Below are positions 1-9,662 of a stretch of 32,000 bases of DNA, one piece after another. Every line of letters begins with the position of its first letter. Position 1 is the first letter of the stretch. Both the position numbers and the translations under genes were made by a program. Origin of the DNA: an uncultured delta proteobacterium (GTDB lineage Bacteria; Myxococcota; Kuafuiibacteriia; Kuafuiibacteriales; Kuafuiibacteriaceae); contig CAWDML010000012.1 of NCBI GenBank assembly GCA_963803435.1, forward strand, positions 1 to 32,000, in the 5' to 3' direction. The notes under the pieces were generated by a model, which was given only the letters and a program-made list of their open reading frames with translations, was not told the DNA's origin and did no database searches.

Positions 1-197
1 CCACCAACCTGGCCTTCCGCGACTGGGATTCGATCTTCCCGAACGCCACCTGTGCGACGGCCCTAATCGACCGCATCGTCCATCACTCCGAGATCATCGC
101 GATCGAGGGAGACAGCTACCGGCGACGAGAGGCCGAGGAGCAGACGCGGGCGCGGAGGACCACGAAGTCCGGTCCGAAAAAGCGCGCTCCTTCATGA
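1..197 (+). mobile_element. istB: IS21-family IstB-like helper ATPase, C-terminal end only (ORF enters from upstream of the window)
   Basis: The frame from nt 3 reads TNLAFRDWDSIFPNATCATALIDRIVHHSEIIAIEGDSYRRREAEEQTRARRTTKSGPKKRAPS, then TGA at 195-197. The tail W..IF.....A.A.IDRIVHH...I.I.G.SYR is the conserved IstB C-terminus. There is no start codon in the window. Confidence 0.7.
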
Positions 198-459
198 CCG
201 CCAACACAACATGCACCGCATTGGCATTTGCGTCGCCGCCCCGATTACGCGCCCCGCCTCGTCGAGGACTGGACCGCCCGAGATCCGCGATGACATCGGC
301 GGGGAGATCTCGATGCGCTTCTTCTCCCGCTCAATCTGGCGCCGACGTGCGCGGGTCGATTATCGTCGGGGGCATGGCGTCGATCCCATGGACACCGGAG
401 GCGAAGGAAAAGATCAACAGGCAGGGCTGCGGAGTCAATCACCGCATCAGGAGCGACGT

Positions 460-1521
460 TCAGGCGGAAGCCTCGAGAATGATGTTGATCGGGGTCTCCG
501 CCACGCGACGCACGGTAGCAAAGCCCGCCTTCTTCAGGATCTCGGCGATGCGCGCCTCTCCAGCCTGGGCCCCCAGTCCGAGTGCACCCTCCTGCGAAAG
601 AGAACAGGGCACGCAGATGGACGACGAGACGCTGTACATCATGGCCGCGATGGGATTTTTCTTGATGTTCTCTTTGCGATCGTTCAGCGCATTGGGCTCC
701 ACGAGCATGACCTTGCCCCCCGATTTCAGCTTGCTCAGCGCGTGACGCGCCGCTGACTCGGGATCGCCCATGTCGTGGAAGCAGTCGAAGAAACAGATCA
801 AGTCAAACTCACCGCCATAGCTCGTCGACGACGCCACCTCGAACTTGGTGCGCTCTGCCACCCCCGCCTCGTCGGCTCTCTTGCGAGAAGTGATGATGGA
901 CGGCTCGTGCATGTCGAAGCCATGGAAGGACGATCTTGGGAATGCCTCCGCCATCGCGATGGTCGAGGCGCCATGCCCACAGCCAACGTCGGCAACCCGC
1001 GCGCCCGCATCGAGCTTGGCTTTGACGCCGTCCATCGCGGGAATCCACCCGCCGGGAAGGTGCGCCTTGTATCCCGTTCGAAAGAACCACTCCGTTCCCT
1101 TGAACAGACACTCGTGGTGCTCACCCCAACCGAGGGCGCCATCACCACGGAAGGCCTTCTTGACCTTCTCGATGTCCATCATGATCGAAGCAAAGGCATT
1201 CATGGCGCGAGCAACGAACACCGGTGAATTTTCGTGAGCGAGAGCCATCGCCGCTTCGTCCGACAGCTCGTACTTGTCGTGCTCGGAATCGTAGTCCACC
1301 AGCCCGGCGGCCGCCTGCCCGTCCAACCACTCGCGCACCAAACGATGGTGACATTCCGCGCTCGTGGCGATGGCGTCCGAGCTCTGTGGCCCCTGACCGG
1401 CCATGGCTCGATAGAGTCCGAGCTCATCGCCAAGCCAGACGGCATGGCACAGAGTCGCGCCCGTCATATGGCCCATCATCCGGCCCATGAACTCCTGGAG
1501 TTTTGCTTCGTCGATATTCAC
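460..1521 (-). CDS. class I SAM-dependent methyltransferase
   Basis: This is the 3' two thirds of the 460..1842 ORF. A GTG at 1521 is preceded by GGAGG 6 nt upstream. Motif I is [13 protein letters not shown], the acidic loop is FHGFDMHE, and post-motifs are [16 protein letters not shown] and [12 protein letters not shown]. The ORF sequence upstream of 1521 is Arg/Pro-rich and looks non-coding. Confidence 0.8.
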   Translation of the reverse strand: MNIDEAKLQEFMGRMMGHMTGATLCHAVWLGDELGLYRAMAGQGPQSSDAIATSAECHHRLVREWLDGQAAAGLVDYDSEHDKYELSDEAAMALAHENSPVFVARAMNAFASIMMDIEKVKKAFRGDGALGWGEHHECLFKGTEWFFRTGYKAHLPGGWIPAMDGVKAKLDAGARVADVGCGHGASTIAMAEAFPRSSFHGFDMHEPSIITSRKRADEAGVAERTKFEVASSTSYGGEFDLICFFDCFHDMGDPESAARHALSKLKSGGKVMLVEPNALNDRKENIKKNPIAAMMYSVSSSICVPCSLSQEGALGLGAQAGEARIAEILKKAGFATVRRVAETPINIILEASA

Positions 1522-1717
1522 CTTGTGCCTCCTTCGGGATTGGGCGTCGGACCATAGCCGACGCTGATATGGCGGTACAGGATGGATCCCGGCCGTAGCG
1601 ATCGTCGAGGGTCCCGCAGTCCGACGAAAACGGTCGCTTCGCTTGAATCCTCGATGGGGGCGGCTCCTTTCCGGCGCCCGAAGTGGTCGGAGATCGATCA
1701 CTTGATCCGTCGTAGGC

Positions 1718-2011
1718 GTGATTTGGATGCGGCATCGGGTCGGGGACGGCGCCCTGGTACCGAGCGGCATGGTTGCGGCTCTGCTCCTGCGACAGATGGA
1801 ACTCCCAGTAGGCATCGAAATCACCGGAAGCTCGGATCGCACGGAGGCGCAGGACCGCTTCGGCCGTGGTCAACGACCAGCGGGCGCCGGTCATCCGGTC
1901 CTTCACGAGATACCGGCACGCACCCTCTATGACTCCGGTCGCGAGGGGCAGGCCGTCTTGGAGGGCCTCCGCGTATCGAATGATGCGGGTTCGGCTCCGG
2001 TCGGACAGGTA
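1718..2011 (-). pseudogene. ISKra4-like transposase, C-terminal remnant only
   Basis: ORF 1424..2092 reads [81 protein letters not shown]. This matches the conserved C-terminal block ([13 protein letters not shown]...G.RW....AEA.L.LR....SGD.D.YW.FH) of ISKra4-type transposases. The whole catalytic N-terminal part is absent. Confidence 0.55.
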
Positions 2012-2143
2012 GCCGCCTCTTCTCGCTCCGAGGGATCGATCCGGCGGCGCTGATCTCGTCGGTGCTGCCGTGTTCACCTCGCGCCGGGCCATCGCCGGAG
2101 CGGCGCCTCGCCACCGCCGATCTCAGCGTCGCTCTTCGACATC

Positions 2144-2338
2144 GATGACGAGCTTACGAGCGACGGCGCATCAACCGACGAGCCACTCCTCATCTCGCGC
2201 AAGGAGCTGATCGAGGTCGGCGTCCCGACGTCGCGCATCCAGCGCTGGTTGAGCGCAGACTTGCTACTCGCGACCGATCGACGCGGCATCTACGAGCTCA
2301 CCCCCGAAGCGTGGGGCCACCTCGAGCCGCTGTTCTAG
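2144..2338 (+). pseudogene. start-less coding remnant with an HTH-like segment (excisionase/MerR-like DNA-binding fragment)
   Basis: The frame reads DDELTSDGASTDEPLLISRKELIEVGVPTSRIQRWLSADLLLATDRRGIYELTPEAWGHLEPLF, with TAG at 2336-2338. Third-position GC is very high (about 85-90 %), which indicates real coding. No ATG, GTG or TTG start lies before the HTH-like part; the upstream in-frame stop is at 2051. It abuts the transposase remnant. Confidence 0.3.
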
Positions 2339-2574
2339 ATCTGACGTGAGCAGACCGGGATCCACGCTGAGAACCGCGCCCAGAGCGCGGAGCTAGGGCT
2401 CGCACCAAGGACGAGGATCGCCGCCGCGATCTCCATGCAGCTCAACCCACGCGCTTCGGGCGAGTTGAGGATCGATCTGTTACCCCTGAGGAAGTCGAGA
2501 ACCGAGACGAGACGCCTTCGTGTCTCAGACCATTCACGCCCGTCACCGGGAAGTCCGCGATTCGGTCCAGCTGC

Positions 2575-2640
2575 TATCGTAGCATCAAAAGTGATTTGAT
2601 TTGTGACATGAGACCAGTTATTGAATCAATATTGATTTAT
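2575..2640 (+). promoter_or_regulatory. AT-rich promoter/operator region of hipBA with repeated TGATT half-sites
   Basis: There is a sharp local GC drop. A perfect 14-bp palindrome AATCAATATTGATT lies at 2624-2637. Direct TGATT(T) copies occur at 2592, 2597 and 2633. HipB-type repressors bind palindromic operators overlapping their own promoter. Confidence 0.35.
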
Positions 2641-2949
2641 TACGATCCAACTCTAGCGCCGTTCGAGCAGATTCTGCTGGCGATTGGAGAGCGGGCCAAG
2701 CAGGTCCGGCTCATGAGGAACCTGAGCCAGCATGAGCTGGCGTTGCGCGCGGGCGTCGGGAGCGCCACGGTTCAGCGTTTCGAGAGGACGGGGCACATCT
2801 CGATGGAGAACGCGCTTCGGATCGCGTTCGCGCTCGAGGTGGACGATGGTTTTCGTCAATTGTTCGAGCGACCGAAGTACGGCTCGCTCGACGAAGCCTT
2901 GGCGGAGCCGAAAAGAGCCGGCAGGAAGCGCGCGAGGAAGCGCGGATGA
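2608..2949 (+). CDS. hipB: HipB-like XRE-family HTH antitoxin/transcriptional repressor
   Basis: The HTH is IGERAKQVRLMRNLSQHELALRAGVGSATVQRFERTGHISMENALRIAFAL. The stop overlaps the hipA start (ATGA at 2946-2949). The start is uncertain: TTG 2596, ATG 2608 or TTG 2632. Confidence 0.8.
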   Translation: MRPVIESILIYYDPTLAPFEQILLAIGERAKQVRLMRNLSQHELALRAGVGSATVQRFERTGHISMENALRIAFALEVDDGFRQLFERPKYGSLDEALAEPKRAGRKRARKRG

Positions 2950-4232
2950 AGCTGAAGCCGGTCGATCGACTCAACGTCTACTTCGAGCCGACGGAAGGGC
3001 GGCGTCGACGCGTCGGTCGGCTCGCGCGAAGGCAGCGCGAGATCTTGTTCGAGTATGATGCAGAGTTCTTGGTCTCGAAGCTGGAGATCTCGCCGTTCAA
3101 GCTGCCGCTCCGACCTGGCGTGGTCGTCGGCGATCCGATGCTCTTCTCCGGGTTGATGGGTGTGTTCGAGGACAGCCTGCCCGACGGATGGGGACGGCTC
3201 TTGCTCGACCGGAGGATCGCGAAGGAGGGTCTCGAGCCGTCGGCGCTGACGCCTCTCGATCGGCTGGCGTGGGTCGGATCGCGATCGATGGGTGCGTTGG
3301 TCTACGAGCCCGAGTTCGGGGTCGAAACGCCGACGATGGTCGATCTCGCGGAGATCGCGAGCGAGACGGAGGCGGTGCTGGAAGATGCCGAGGGACCGGA
3401 TCTCGATCGATTGATCGCACTCGGTGGCTCGCCGCAGGGTGCACGTCCGAAGGCGCTGGTGCAGCTCGGCCCGGACGGGACGACGCTACTCTACGGAGCG
3501 CGTGAGATCCGTCCGGGGTTCACGCCGTACCTGGTGAAGTTTCGCGCGAAGGAGGATGACGCGCACGCGGGTCTCCTCGAGCATGCCTACTCGAAGATCG
3601 CGTGTGCCGCTGGTGTCGATGTTCCGGAGACGCGGATGCTCGGTCGCACCGCACGGCATCCGGGGTACTTCGCTGCGCGGAGGTTCGATCGTGTGGAAGC
3701 CGAGAAGCTCCACCTCCATACGCTCTGCGGCCTGCTCCACGCGCCGCACACGTACCCGTCGATCGGCTACCGGCAGCTCCTGCTGGTAACTCGATCGCTC
3801 ACGCGCAACGAGGTCGCGGTCGCGGAGATGTTTCGCCGCGCGTGCTTCAACGTACTCGCGCACAACCGGGACGATCATACGAAGAACTTCGCCTTTCGCA
3901 TGGACGGCGAAGGAGCGTGGCGCACGGCGCCCGCCTACGATCTCACCTACTCGGCCGGTCCCGGCGGCGAGCACTCGCTGCTCATCGGAACGGAAGGAAG
4001 GAACCCGACGACCGAACATCTCGAAGCGCTGGCGCGCGAGGTCGGGCTCAAACACGCCACCGCGATCATCGAAGAAGTGCGCTGGGCCGTGGACCGGTTC
4101 CGCGAGTTCGGCGATGAAGTCGGCTTGCCGAAGAAGGTCCAGGATCGCATCGCCAAGGCGCTCGGGCTCGCTTCCGCTCGGACGGTGAAGAGGCGAAAGG
4201 TACCGCCTACTCGACGCAGCAAGAAGCGCTAA
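2946..4232 (+). CDS. hipA: HipA-family serine/threonine kinase toxin (type II TA)
   Basis: A 428-aa intact ORF. The N-terminal coupling domain is FEDSLPDGWGRLLLDRR. The kinase core has the catalytic-loop-like LAHNRDDHTKNFAF and APAYDLTYS. It is translationally coupled to hipB. Confidence 0.9.
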   Translation: MKLKPVDRLNVYFEPTEGRRRRVGRLARRQREILFEYDAEFLVSKLEISPFKLPLRPGVVVGDPMLFSGLMGVFEDSLPDGWGRLLLDRRIAKEGLEPSALTPLDRLAWVGSRSMGALVYEPEFGVETPTMVDLAEIASETEAVLEDAEGPDLDRLIALGGSPQGARPKALVQLGPDGTTLLYGAREIRPGFTPYLVKFRAKEDDAHAGLLEHAYSKIACAAGVDVPETRMLGRTARHPGYFAARRFDRVEAEKLHLHTLCGLLHAPHTYPSIGYRQLLLVTRSLTRNEVAVAEMFRRACFNVLAHNRDDHTKNFAFRMDGEGAWRTAPAYDLTYSAGPGGEHSLLIGTEGRNPTTEHLEALAREVGLKHATAIIEEVRWAVDRFREFGDEVGLPKKVQDRIAKALGLASARTVKRRKVPPTRRSKKR

Positions 4233-4841
4233 CGCTGATCGCGGGCTGATCGGCGGAGGGCTCAGGGTGCTCCGATGGCTCATCTCGCTCTTCACCGTGC
4301 CCCGAGATTCGCAGCTCCCGAATGGTCCGAGCCTTGGGTTGCTCAGGCGGCGATGACAGCGAGTCGGCGCGTCGATGGACGGATGAACGCTCGGTGAGCG
4401 GGCCGCGTTCATTCTCAGGCCGCGAACCGCATTTACGCGGTGCCGGCGTGGTTGGTTCGGCACTGTCAGTGGCCACGTAGAAACTTAGGAACAACGGCGT
4501 CATCAAGGACAACGTCTTCGACGACCTCCGGCTCACCCGGCCCAACTGCATCGTCAGGGGGCCGCGCACGGCGAACCTCACATCCACGGAAACTCATGTC
4601 CTTAGCGCGGTGCGCGACGATCGCCTCCCTGTTCACTCGACGTGGACGGTGGTCTCGTGCTCGACCCGTTGCGCCGCGTCGCGGACGGACGTCCGACCAC
4701 ACCGGATCGTCGACCTGCAGGGCGCTCGCTCCTTCGCACGGCCTAAGTGTTGCGCGGTGGTCCACGGTCACGGTGGTCGTGTAGCAGACACAGGCTGCCG
4801 CTGCGTTGACCGCGTTCCCACCGAATCGCAAGACAGCAGGT

Positions 4842-5075
4842 ATGAATGTTCGATTCGTCGGGGCGGGATGCGCGCTCCTCTTTGCGTTCTGCATCTCGAG
4901 CTGTGGAGCGAGCGCGTCATGCGAGAACCTGTGCGTGGAGTCGTTTCTTCAGGGCTGCAGCCAAGGTGCCCAAGCGCTTGGCGCCGACACCGCTCGCGAG
5001 TGCCCTACGGCCTGCGACTCCGTCGAGGCGCTGGTGAGAGACAAGGGCTGCAACGAGACGTATCGCACTATCTGA
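4842..5075 (+). CDS. small Cys-rich putative lipoprotein
   Basis: MNVRFVGAGCALLFAFCISSCGAS is a signal peptide with a lipobox-like ISSC. The mature part carries 7 more Cys. Third-position GC is about 70 %. The ATG at 4842 lies inside the listed ORF 4806..5075. Confidence 0.45.
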   Translation: MNVRFVGAGCALLFAFCISSCGASASCENLCVESFLQGCSQGAQALGADTARECPTACDSVEALVRDKGCNETYRTI

Positions 5076-5232
5076 GCTGCTGGGGCGACCAAGAGGATCT
5101 ATGTGCTGATGCGTGCACCGCGGAGAGCGGGCTCATCGAGCGATGCCTAGGGTTTTGATCCTCCCGGTGTGGAGGGCGTCCCTCGTGTTCGAGCTTGAGG
5201 AGAGATCCGGAGTCTGAGAACCTCCTCGCATC

Positions 5233-5364
5233 ATGACGCTTGCGTCTCATGACGGTGGGTGCCACTGCGGCGCGGGTCGGTACCGGGTCGAGCTCGACAC
5301 TTTCCTGGAAGCGATCGAGTGCAGCTGCTCGCGCGGGGCATCGAGGGGTGCAGGTGCCGCCTGA
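5233..5364 (+). pseudogene. GFA (glutathione-dependent formaldehyde-activating/CENP-V-like) family, truncated N-terminal fragment
   Basis: The 43-aa ORF MTLASHDGGCHCGAGRYRVELDTFLEAIECSCSRGASRGAGAA carries the family start GGCHCGA.RY.V and the second Cys pair ECSCS. It then terminates. An intact paralogue at 6178..6552 is about 124 aa. Confidence 0.45.
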
Positions 5365-5388
5365 AGGAGGCTGACCACGGGCATCGCG

Positions 5389-5982
5389 ATGAGCGAGAAC
5401 ACCAAGCGTGTGGTCTGGAAACGCTGGTTCACCCATGTCATCCTGATCGTGATCGTGTCGGCGGCCGTGTCCGCGCTGGTCATCTGGCTCAGCTCGATGA
5501 AGCGATGGTGGGCCGATGCCCTCACCACGTACGTGTCGGTCTTGATCATGAGTGGCGCGATGATCGGCGCCTATGCCGGCTGGGCGTTGGACGAGGTGGA
5601 CGACGCTCGAGAAGAGCGCCGGATGCTCCGGGCGATCGGTCTCATCGGCGTCCTCCTCCCGCTGCTCGTCGTGCTGGGATGGCAAGCGCTCGGCACTCCG
5701 TTCGATGACGCGCCGGGGAGCTGGCCCCGGTGGGCGGACGCTGTCGCGCGGGCGGTGATCTCGATTCCGAGCGTGGCGTTGGGCGTCGCGCTCCTGGTCC
5801 GGCTGGCCCGAACCGGCAAAGGGACCGCGGTGTGGATCACCGGAGCTCTGTTGTTCTTTGCGCTCATGCTCATGGGCGCATGGCCGTGGCTCGGCAGCTA
5901 CTTCCCGGTCTGGATACGGGTCGCGTGCCGCGTCGCGGTTGGTATTGTCGGGCCACTTCGGCACGCCGTCTGCCTGGACTGA
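5389..5982 (+). CDS. integral membrane protein, unknown function (about 5-6 predicted TM segments)
   Basis: Hydrophobic helices include VILIVIVSAAVSALVIWL, YVSVLIMSGAMIGAYAGWAL, AIGLIGVLLPLLVVLGW, VISIPSVALGVALLV and ITGALLFFALMLMGAWPWL. The antisense 311-aa ORF is Arg/Asp-rich and was rejected. Confidence 0.6.
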   Translation: MSENTKRVVWKRWFTHVILIVIVSAAVSALVIWLSSMKRWWADALTTYVSVLIMSGAMIGAYAGWALDEVDDAREERRMLRAIGLIGVLLPLLVVLGWQALGTPFDDAPGSWPRWADAVARAVISIPSVALGVALLVRLARTGKGTAVWITGALLFFALMLMGAWPWLGSYFPVWIRVACRVAVGIVGPLRHAVCLD

Positions 5983-6177
5983 GCCCATCGCCCTCTTTCC
6001 CACCGACGCTCGAAGCCCTCAAGGTGCCGCCGCAGCGAGAACCGGATTGAGTCGGCAGTGAACCGCAGGCCTTGAACCAGTTCACCATCCATTTCCCGAT
6101 CACGTCACCCTCGAAAACCGACGCCAACAAAACTAGGGATCGTGGTGCGCTCGACCCATGCGGTGTGGTGTGCGGGG

Positions 6178-6552
6178 TCAACCGTGGACGCTCCAGCCGA
6201 GGACCTCCCAAGTGTCCGCTCCATCGAGATGGCGCACGCGCAAACCTGCGATCACCGCGGGGTCCATCATCCGTGCGTTCACGCCCATCTTCTCCGCGCC
6301 CTCCTTTTGGATGCGCTCCGAGTGCGTGGTGCATCCGCACGTCCGGCAGGTGTGCAGCTCGAGGATCCGATCACCCCATACATAGGCGAGCGTCGCTCCC
6401 GGCGGCGACACCAGCTTCACGTGCTCCGGCCGGTAGTACGCCCACAGGCCTGCGATGCGACGGCAGATAGAGCAGTTGCACTGGGTGAGCGTCTCGGGTG
6501 GTTCGGCGATCTCGAAGCGGACCGCGCCGCAGTGACAGGATGCGTCGATCAT
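6178..6552 (-). CDS. GFA family protein (CENP-V/GFA domain, Zn-binding)
   Basis: From the ATG at 6552: MIDASCHCGAVRFEIAEPPETLTQCNCSICRRIAGLWAYY...LHTCRTCGCTTH. The Cys motifs CxC, CxCxxC and CxxCG are typical of PF04828-type proteins. Confidence 0.8.
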   Translation of the reverse strand: MIDASCHCGAVRFEIAEPPETLTQCNCSICRRIAGLWAYYRPEHVKLVSPPGATLAYVWGDRILELHTCRTCGCTTHSERIQKEGAEKMGVNARMMDPAVIAGLRVRHLDGADTWEVLGWSVHG

Positions 6553-6949
6553 GCGACTCGTCTTAGCACTCGGCGCGATCGAAGGCATCGATCGAGCCGA
6601 GCGAGCACTGTCGAGTACCGCGGAGCGAGGGGGCGGGTTCGCGTCGGGCGGAACGTGGCGAGGGGCAAAGACATTTCCCCTTCCAACGAGGAGTCGAACA
6701 CGGGCGGAGACCGATCGATGCGAACGAGCTTCCAGGGTGCCGGCACTTCGATCGATCGCAGCGCACGGGCGACGATCGACGGGGCGGGTTCGTAGTGTCG
6801 GCGTCGCTTCTTCCCGTGACGACCTCCAACCGCTTCTCGGCTGCCGTACGGAGAGCCACGACCATGGCGCTTCGTTCCTCGGCTGTCGGCGGCGCTACGC
6901 CGGCGAGCTCGACGAGCTCCACAGCCGTCGGCGACGAGAGGCGAGGTCG

Positions 6950-7489
6950 GTCCGGGCCGGAGCTCCGGATGTGGTCGTCGGCGACGGTGCGGTCGGCCTG
7001 CTCGCCGTGCTCTCCGCCGGACAGATGGGCGCCGAGCGGATCATCGCGATGAGCCGCCACGAGTCGAGGCAGAAGCTCGCGCGTGAATTCGGAGCGACCG
7101 ACCTCGTGGCCGAGCGGGGCGACGAGGGCATCGCGTGCATCAAGGAGCTCACGCGGGGCCTCGGAGCGGACGCGGTCCTCGAGTGTGTCGGTACGGCGGA
7201 GTCGATGAAGCAGGCGATCGGAGCGGCGCGTCCCGGAGGCTACGTCAGCTACGTCGGGGTCCCGCACGACGTCCAGCTCGATGCGCAGAACCTCTTCTTC
7301 CGTCACGTGCATCTTCACGGTGGACCGGCGCCGGTGCGCCGCTTCCTTCCCCAGCTGATGGAGCAGATCGCCGAGCGGAAGATCGAGCCGGGCAAGGTCT
7401 TCGATCTCGAGCTGCCGCTCGAGCGTGTTGCGGAAGGCTACCGGGCGATGGACGAGCGGCGTGCGATCAAGACGCTGTTTCGGGTCTGA
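6950..7489 (+). pseudogene. zinc-type alcohol dehydrogenase (MDR superfamily), C-terminal Rossmann half only
   Basis: VVVGDGAVGLLAVLSAGQMGAERIIAMSRHESRQKLAREFGATDLVAERGDEGIACIKELTRGLGADAVLECVGTAESMKQAIGAARPGGYVSYVGVP...GYRAMDERRAIKTLFRV is the nucleotide-binding and C-terminal part. No recognisable catalytic or Zn domain lies upstream in any frame. The listed ORF start (6551) overlaps the GFA gene and looks fortuitous. The 5' boundary is approximate. Confidence 0.65.
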
Positions 7490-7708
7490 GGGGCGAGGAG
7501 GAGGAGCTGATCGAGATGCCTCGAGCCTGCGCGCGGATGCTGTTGCAGAGGTTCACGAGCGCCTGAAGTCCACCCGGCCCGAAGGCCAGCAGTCATCAGG
7601 ACGCCCGAAGTTTCGAGGTTGATACCACCGAGCACCATCGCGGGTCAGAAATATAGGCTGACCGACAGGATCGAGCCCAACCACGAGAAGCGGCCTCGGG
7701 CAGAGCCA

Positions 7709-8423
7709 TCAACGCGGCTTGCTCTGAGCATCGAGCTGCGCCTCGAGGAGCTGCTCGAACGCGCGCTTTCGAGCCGTCCGGTTCTCCTCCGTCTCGCCCT
7801 CTGCGGGCAGCTCCGGGTGCACCCCGACGAGCGCGACCGCGCCGTCGAGCACGATCGCAGCGCGGCCGTTCTCGTACGAGGCGAGGATCTGATCCGGCCG
7901 TGCGCCGGAGAACGCGGGGCCTTGCATCCACTCCACCTCGAACTCGCCCAGCTTCCCCTGAACCTGGGTGGTGCGGCGGAAGCCGGGTGCTCCCAGCGCG
8001 ATCGCAGCCGGGCCCAGGGCCGGGACCTCGGCGACGAAGCCTCGCGCCACTCCGAGCATCGCGCCGATCTCGGGCTTGCTGAACGGCACCTCGAATCCGC
8101 CCTCGGCCGGCGCCGAGATAGCCTCCGGCGCAGATCCCGAGGTAAGCAGCGCCGAGCTTCACGGCGCGCACGAGCTCCTGCTCGATGCTGCACATGCTCA
8201 CGTCGTAGCGCATGCGGAGCGCCGATCCCCCGGGCACCACGAAGACAGCCTGCGTCGGGTCGGCCCCGTCCCGGTAGTACGCCTCCATCATCGCGTTCGG
8301 GGCGCCCGCGACCACGCTGGCCTCATGGTCGTCCGCAAACGACTTCAGCGCGGTCTCCAGCCGGTCGGAGCACTCCGGATCGCTGCCGGTCGGCTTCATG
8401 AGATAGTAGGTCACCTTCGACAT
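7709..8423 (-). pseudogene. class I glutamine-amidotransferase-like (BPL_N-like) protein, interrupted by a frameshift near 8100-8115
   Basis: The N-terminal part (ORF 7596..8423) reads MSKVTYYLMKP...VFVVPGGSALRMRY...LGAAYLGICAGGYLG, with a nucleophile-elbow-like GICAGGY. The sensible continuation PAEGGFEVPFSKPEIGAMLGVARGFVAE...LVGVHPELPAEGE...QSKPR is in the +1 frame (ORF 7709..8089). Confidence 0.55.
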
Positions 8424-8611
8424 CGGACCGCCGACTTCGGATCATACTCCCGGGGGCCCTCGGGATGTCGATCGTCGTCGCGCTTCGAGGCTAGCGACCC
8501 GCTCGGGGGGCGGGCACCCGGATCGTCTCTCATCGGGGGATCGAGGAGCCGCAGCATCCCACGTAGGCTCGGGGATGGCACGGCGACGAGCGACCCTATA
8601 CCATCGAACAG

Positions 8612-9286
8612 GTGAGCCGCGAGGTCGCGCTGTTGCTCCTCACGGTGGCCTGCGGCCAGCCGGAACCTCGGGTCATCGATCCGCCCTGCCCGAGGTTCTC
8701 CTCCGTTCCCGTCGCGCTGCAGCTTCATGGTCAGGTCGTGACGAGGTCCGTCTTCGCCGACGGCCTCGCGACGGCACGGATGCTCGACGATGACGAGTCG
8801 ATCGGCGATATCCCGCGGGAGCTCCTACCGGGCGCGATCCTCCGCCTCGACTTCCTCGCGGATACGCAGACGGTGTTCCTGCAGCTGGGAAACGCGCCGC
8901 TCGCGCTGACGAGCTCGGTCGTCGACGCGCACGTCCTGCAGAGCGATCTCATCGGAGGGTGGAAGCAGAGCGAGCTCCGTGACGGGACATCGGGCGCGCT
9001 GTTGCTGGCGAGCTGGATTTCGCAGGCGCCCATGCTGGCGGAGGTCGAGCTCGCGTACGCACCCGAGACGTCCTTTTGCACCGACGTGTGCGGGCGGTAC
9101 CAGCTGCAGGCCCTCGTCGCGCAGTCCGGAGAAGAGGCGGAGCAGTCGATCGGGGCGAACGGGCAGGCGTCCGTGGGCGGCTACGTGGCCGTCAACGCCG
9201 GAGCGTTGGTGTACGTCGAGCGCCCGGAGCGGTGCACGGATCAGTACGGACTCGTTGCGGGCTATCTCTCGGCGCGCGGGCCCTGA
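8612..9286 (+). CDS. putative lipoprotein, unknown function
   Basis: GTG start. The short signal peptide SREVALLLLTVACGQ has a lipobox-like TVAC. The 224-aa ORF has a plausible composition. No family was recognised. Confidence 0.5.
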   Translation: MSREVALLLLTVACGQPEPRVIDPPCPRFSSVPVALQLHGQVVTRSVFADGLATARMLDDDESIGDIPRELLPGAILRLDFLADTQTVFLQLGNAPLALTSSVVDAHVLQSDLIGGWKQSELRDGTSGALLLASWISQAPMLAEVELAYAPETSFCTDVCGRYQLQALVAQSGEEAEQSIGANGQASVGGYVAVNAGALVYVERPERCTDQYGLVAGYLSARGP

Positions 9287-9662
9287 GCGGGAAGAGCGCA
9301 GAATATGACCCTCGACCCATGGAAGGCACCGAAAGACGGTGGGAGGCTCTCGGAGGACGAGCTACTCCTCGCCCGAGTGGGTCCGCCGCTGTGGAAAAGA
9401 CGGTCGTGTTGTCGGGCATTCTGCTTCTGGTTCTGATCGTCCTGGTTCCCATCACCTTGCTCGTGTGCGTTCATCGACGATCCGCGGCTCTGCGACCAAG
9501 ACTCTCTTCGGCCGGGTGGCGGATAAGGTTGAAGAGCAGGTCATCTCGTCCGTCCTTGTCCTCGTCGCGCGGCGACCGTCGAAACCGAACGGTGTGCTGC
9601 GGCGTCGTCAACCGCGTCGCGCGTGCGACAGGGCGTTGAGGAGCGCGCCGAACAGCAGACGC

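Noticed and set aside
1522-1842. An N-terminal extension of the methyltransferase ORF (107 extra codons).
   Set aside because: The extension is Arg/Pro/Ser-rich. A GTG with a GGAGG RBS sits exactly where the methyltransferase-like sequence begins.
3486-4463. A 325-aa minus-strand ORF antisense to hipA.
   Set aside because: It is Arg/Pro/Ala-rich and low-complexity. It lies opposite a gene with clear HipA motifs. This is a typical shadow ORF of high-GC DNA.
4466-4894. ORFs on both strands in the 4.24-4.84 kb gap. One is a plus-frame stretch NNGVIKDNVFDDLRLTRPNCIVRGPRTANLT with very high third-position GC (beta-helix-like?).
   Set aside because: There is no start codon for the high-GC3 stretch (stop at about 4476). 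The listed ORFs have poor composition. This is probably another short coding remnant, but too little remains to assign.
5068-6003. A 311-aa minus-strand ORF opposite the membrane-protein gene.
   Set aside because: It is a highly charged Arg/Asp/His/Pro-rich sequence with no motifs. The plus-strand frame gives a coherent multi-TM protein.
6551-6949. The 5' third of the 312-aa ORF as the N-terminal domain of the alcohol dehydrogenase.
   Set aside because: The sequence is Arg/Ser/Gly-rich with no GHE or Zn-ligand motifs. It also overlaps the GFA gene on the other strand.
9319-9639. A small ORF with one very hydrophobic segment (VVLSGILLLVLIVLVPITLLVCV) followed by an Arg/Ser-rich tail.
   Set aside because: It is possibly a real single-pass membrane protein. 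However, I saw no RBS, third-position GC is only moderate (about 68 %), and the tail is low-complexity. Support is insufficient to call it.
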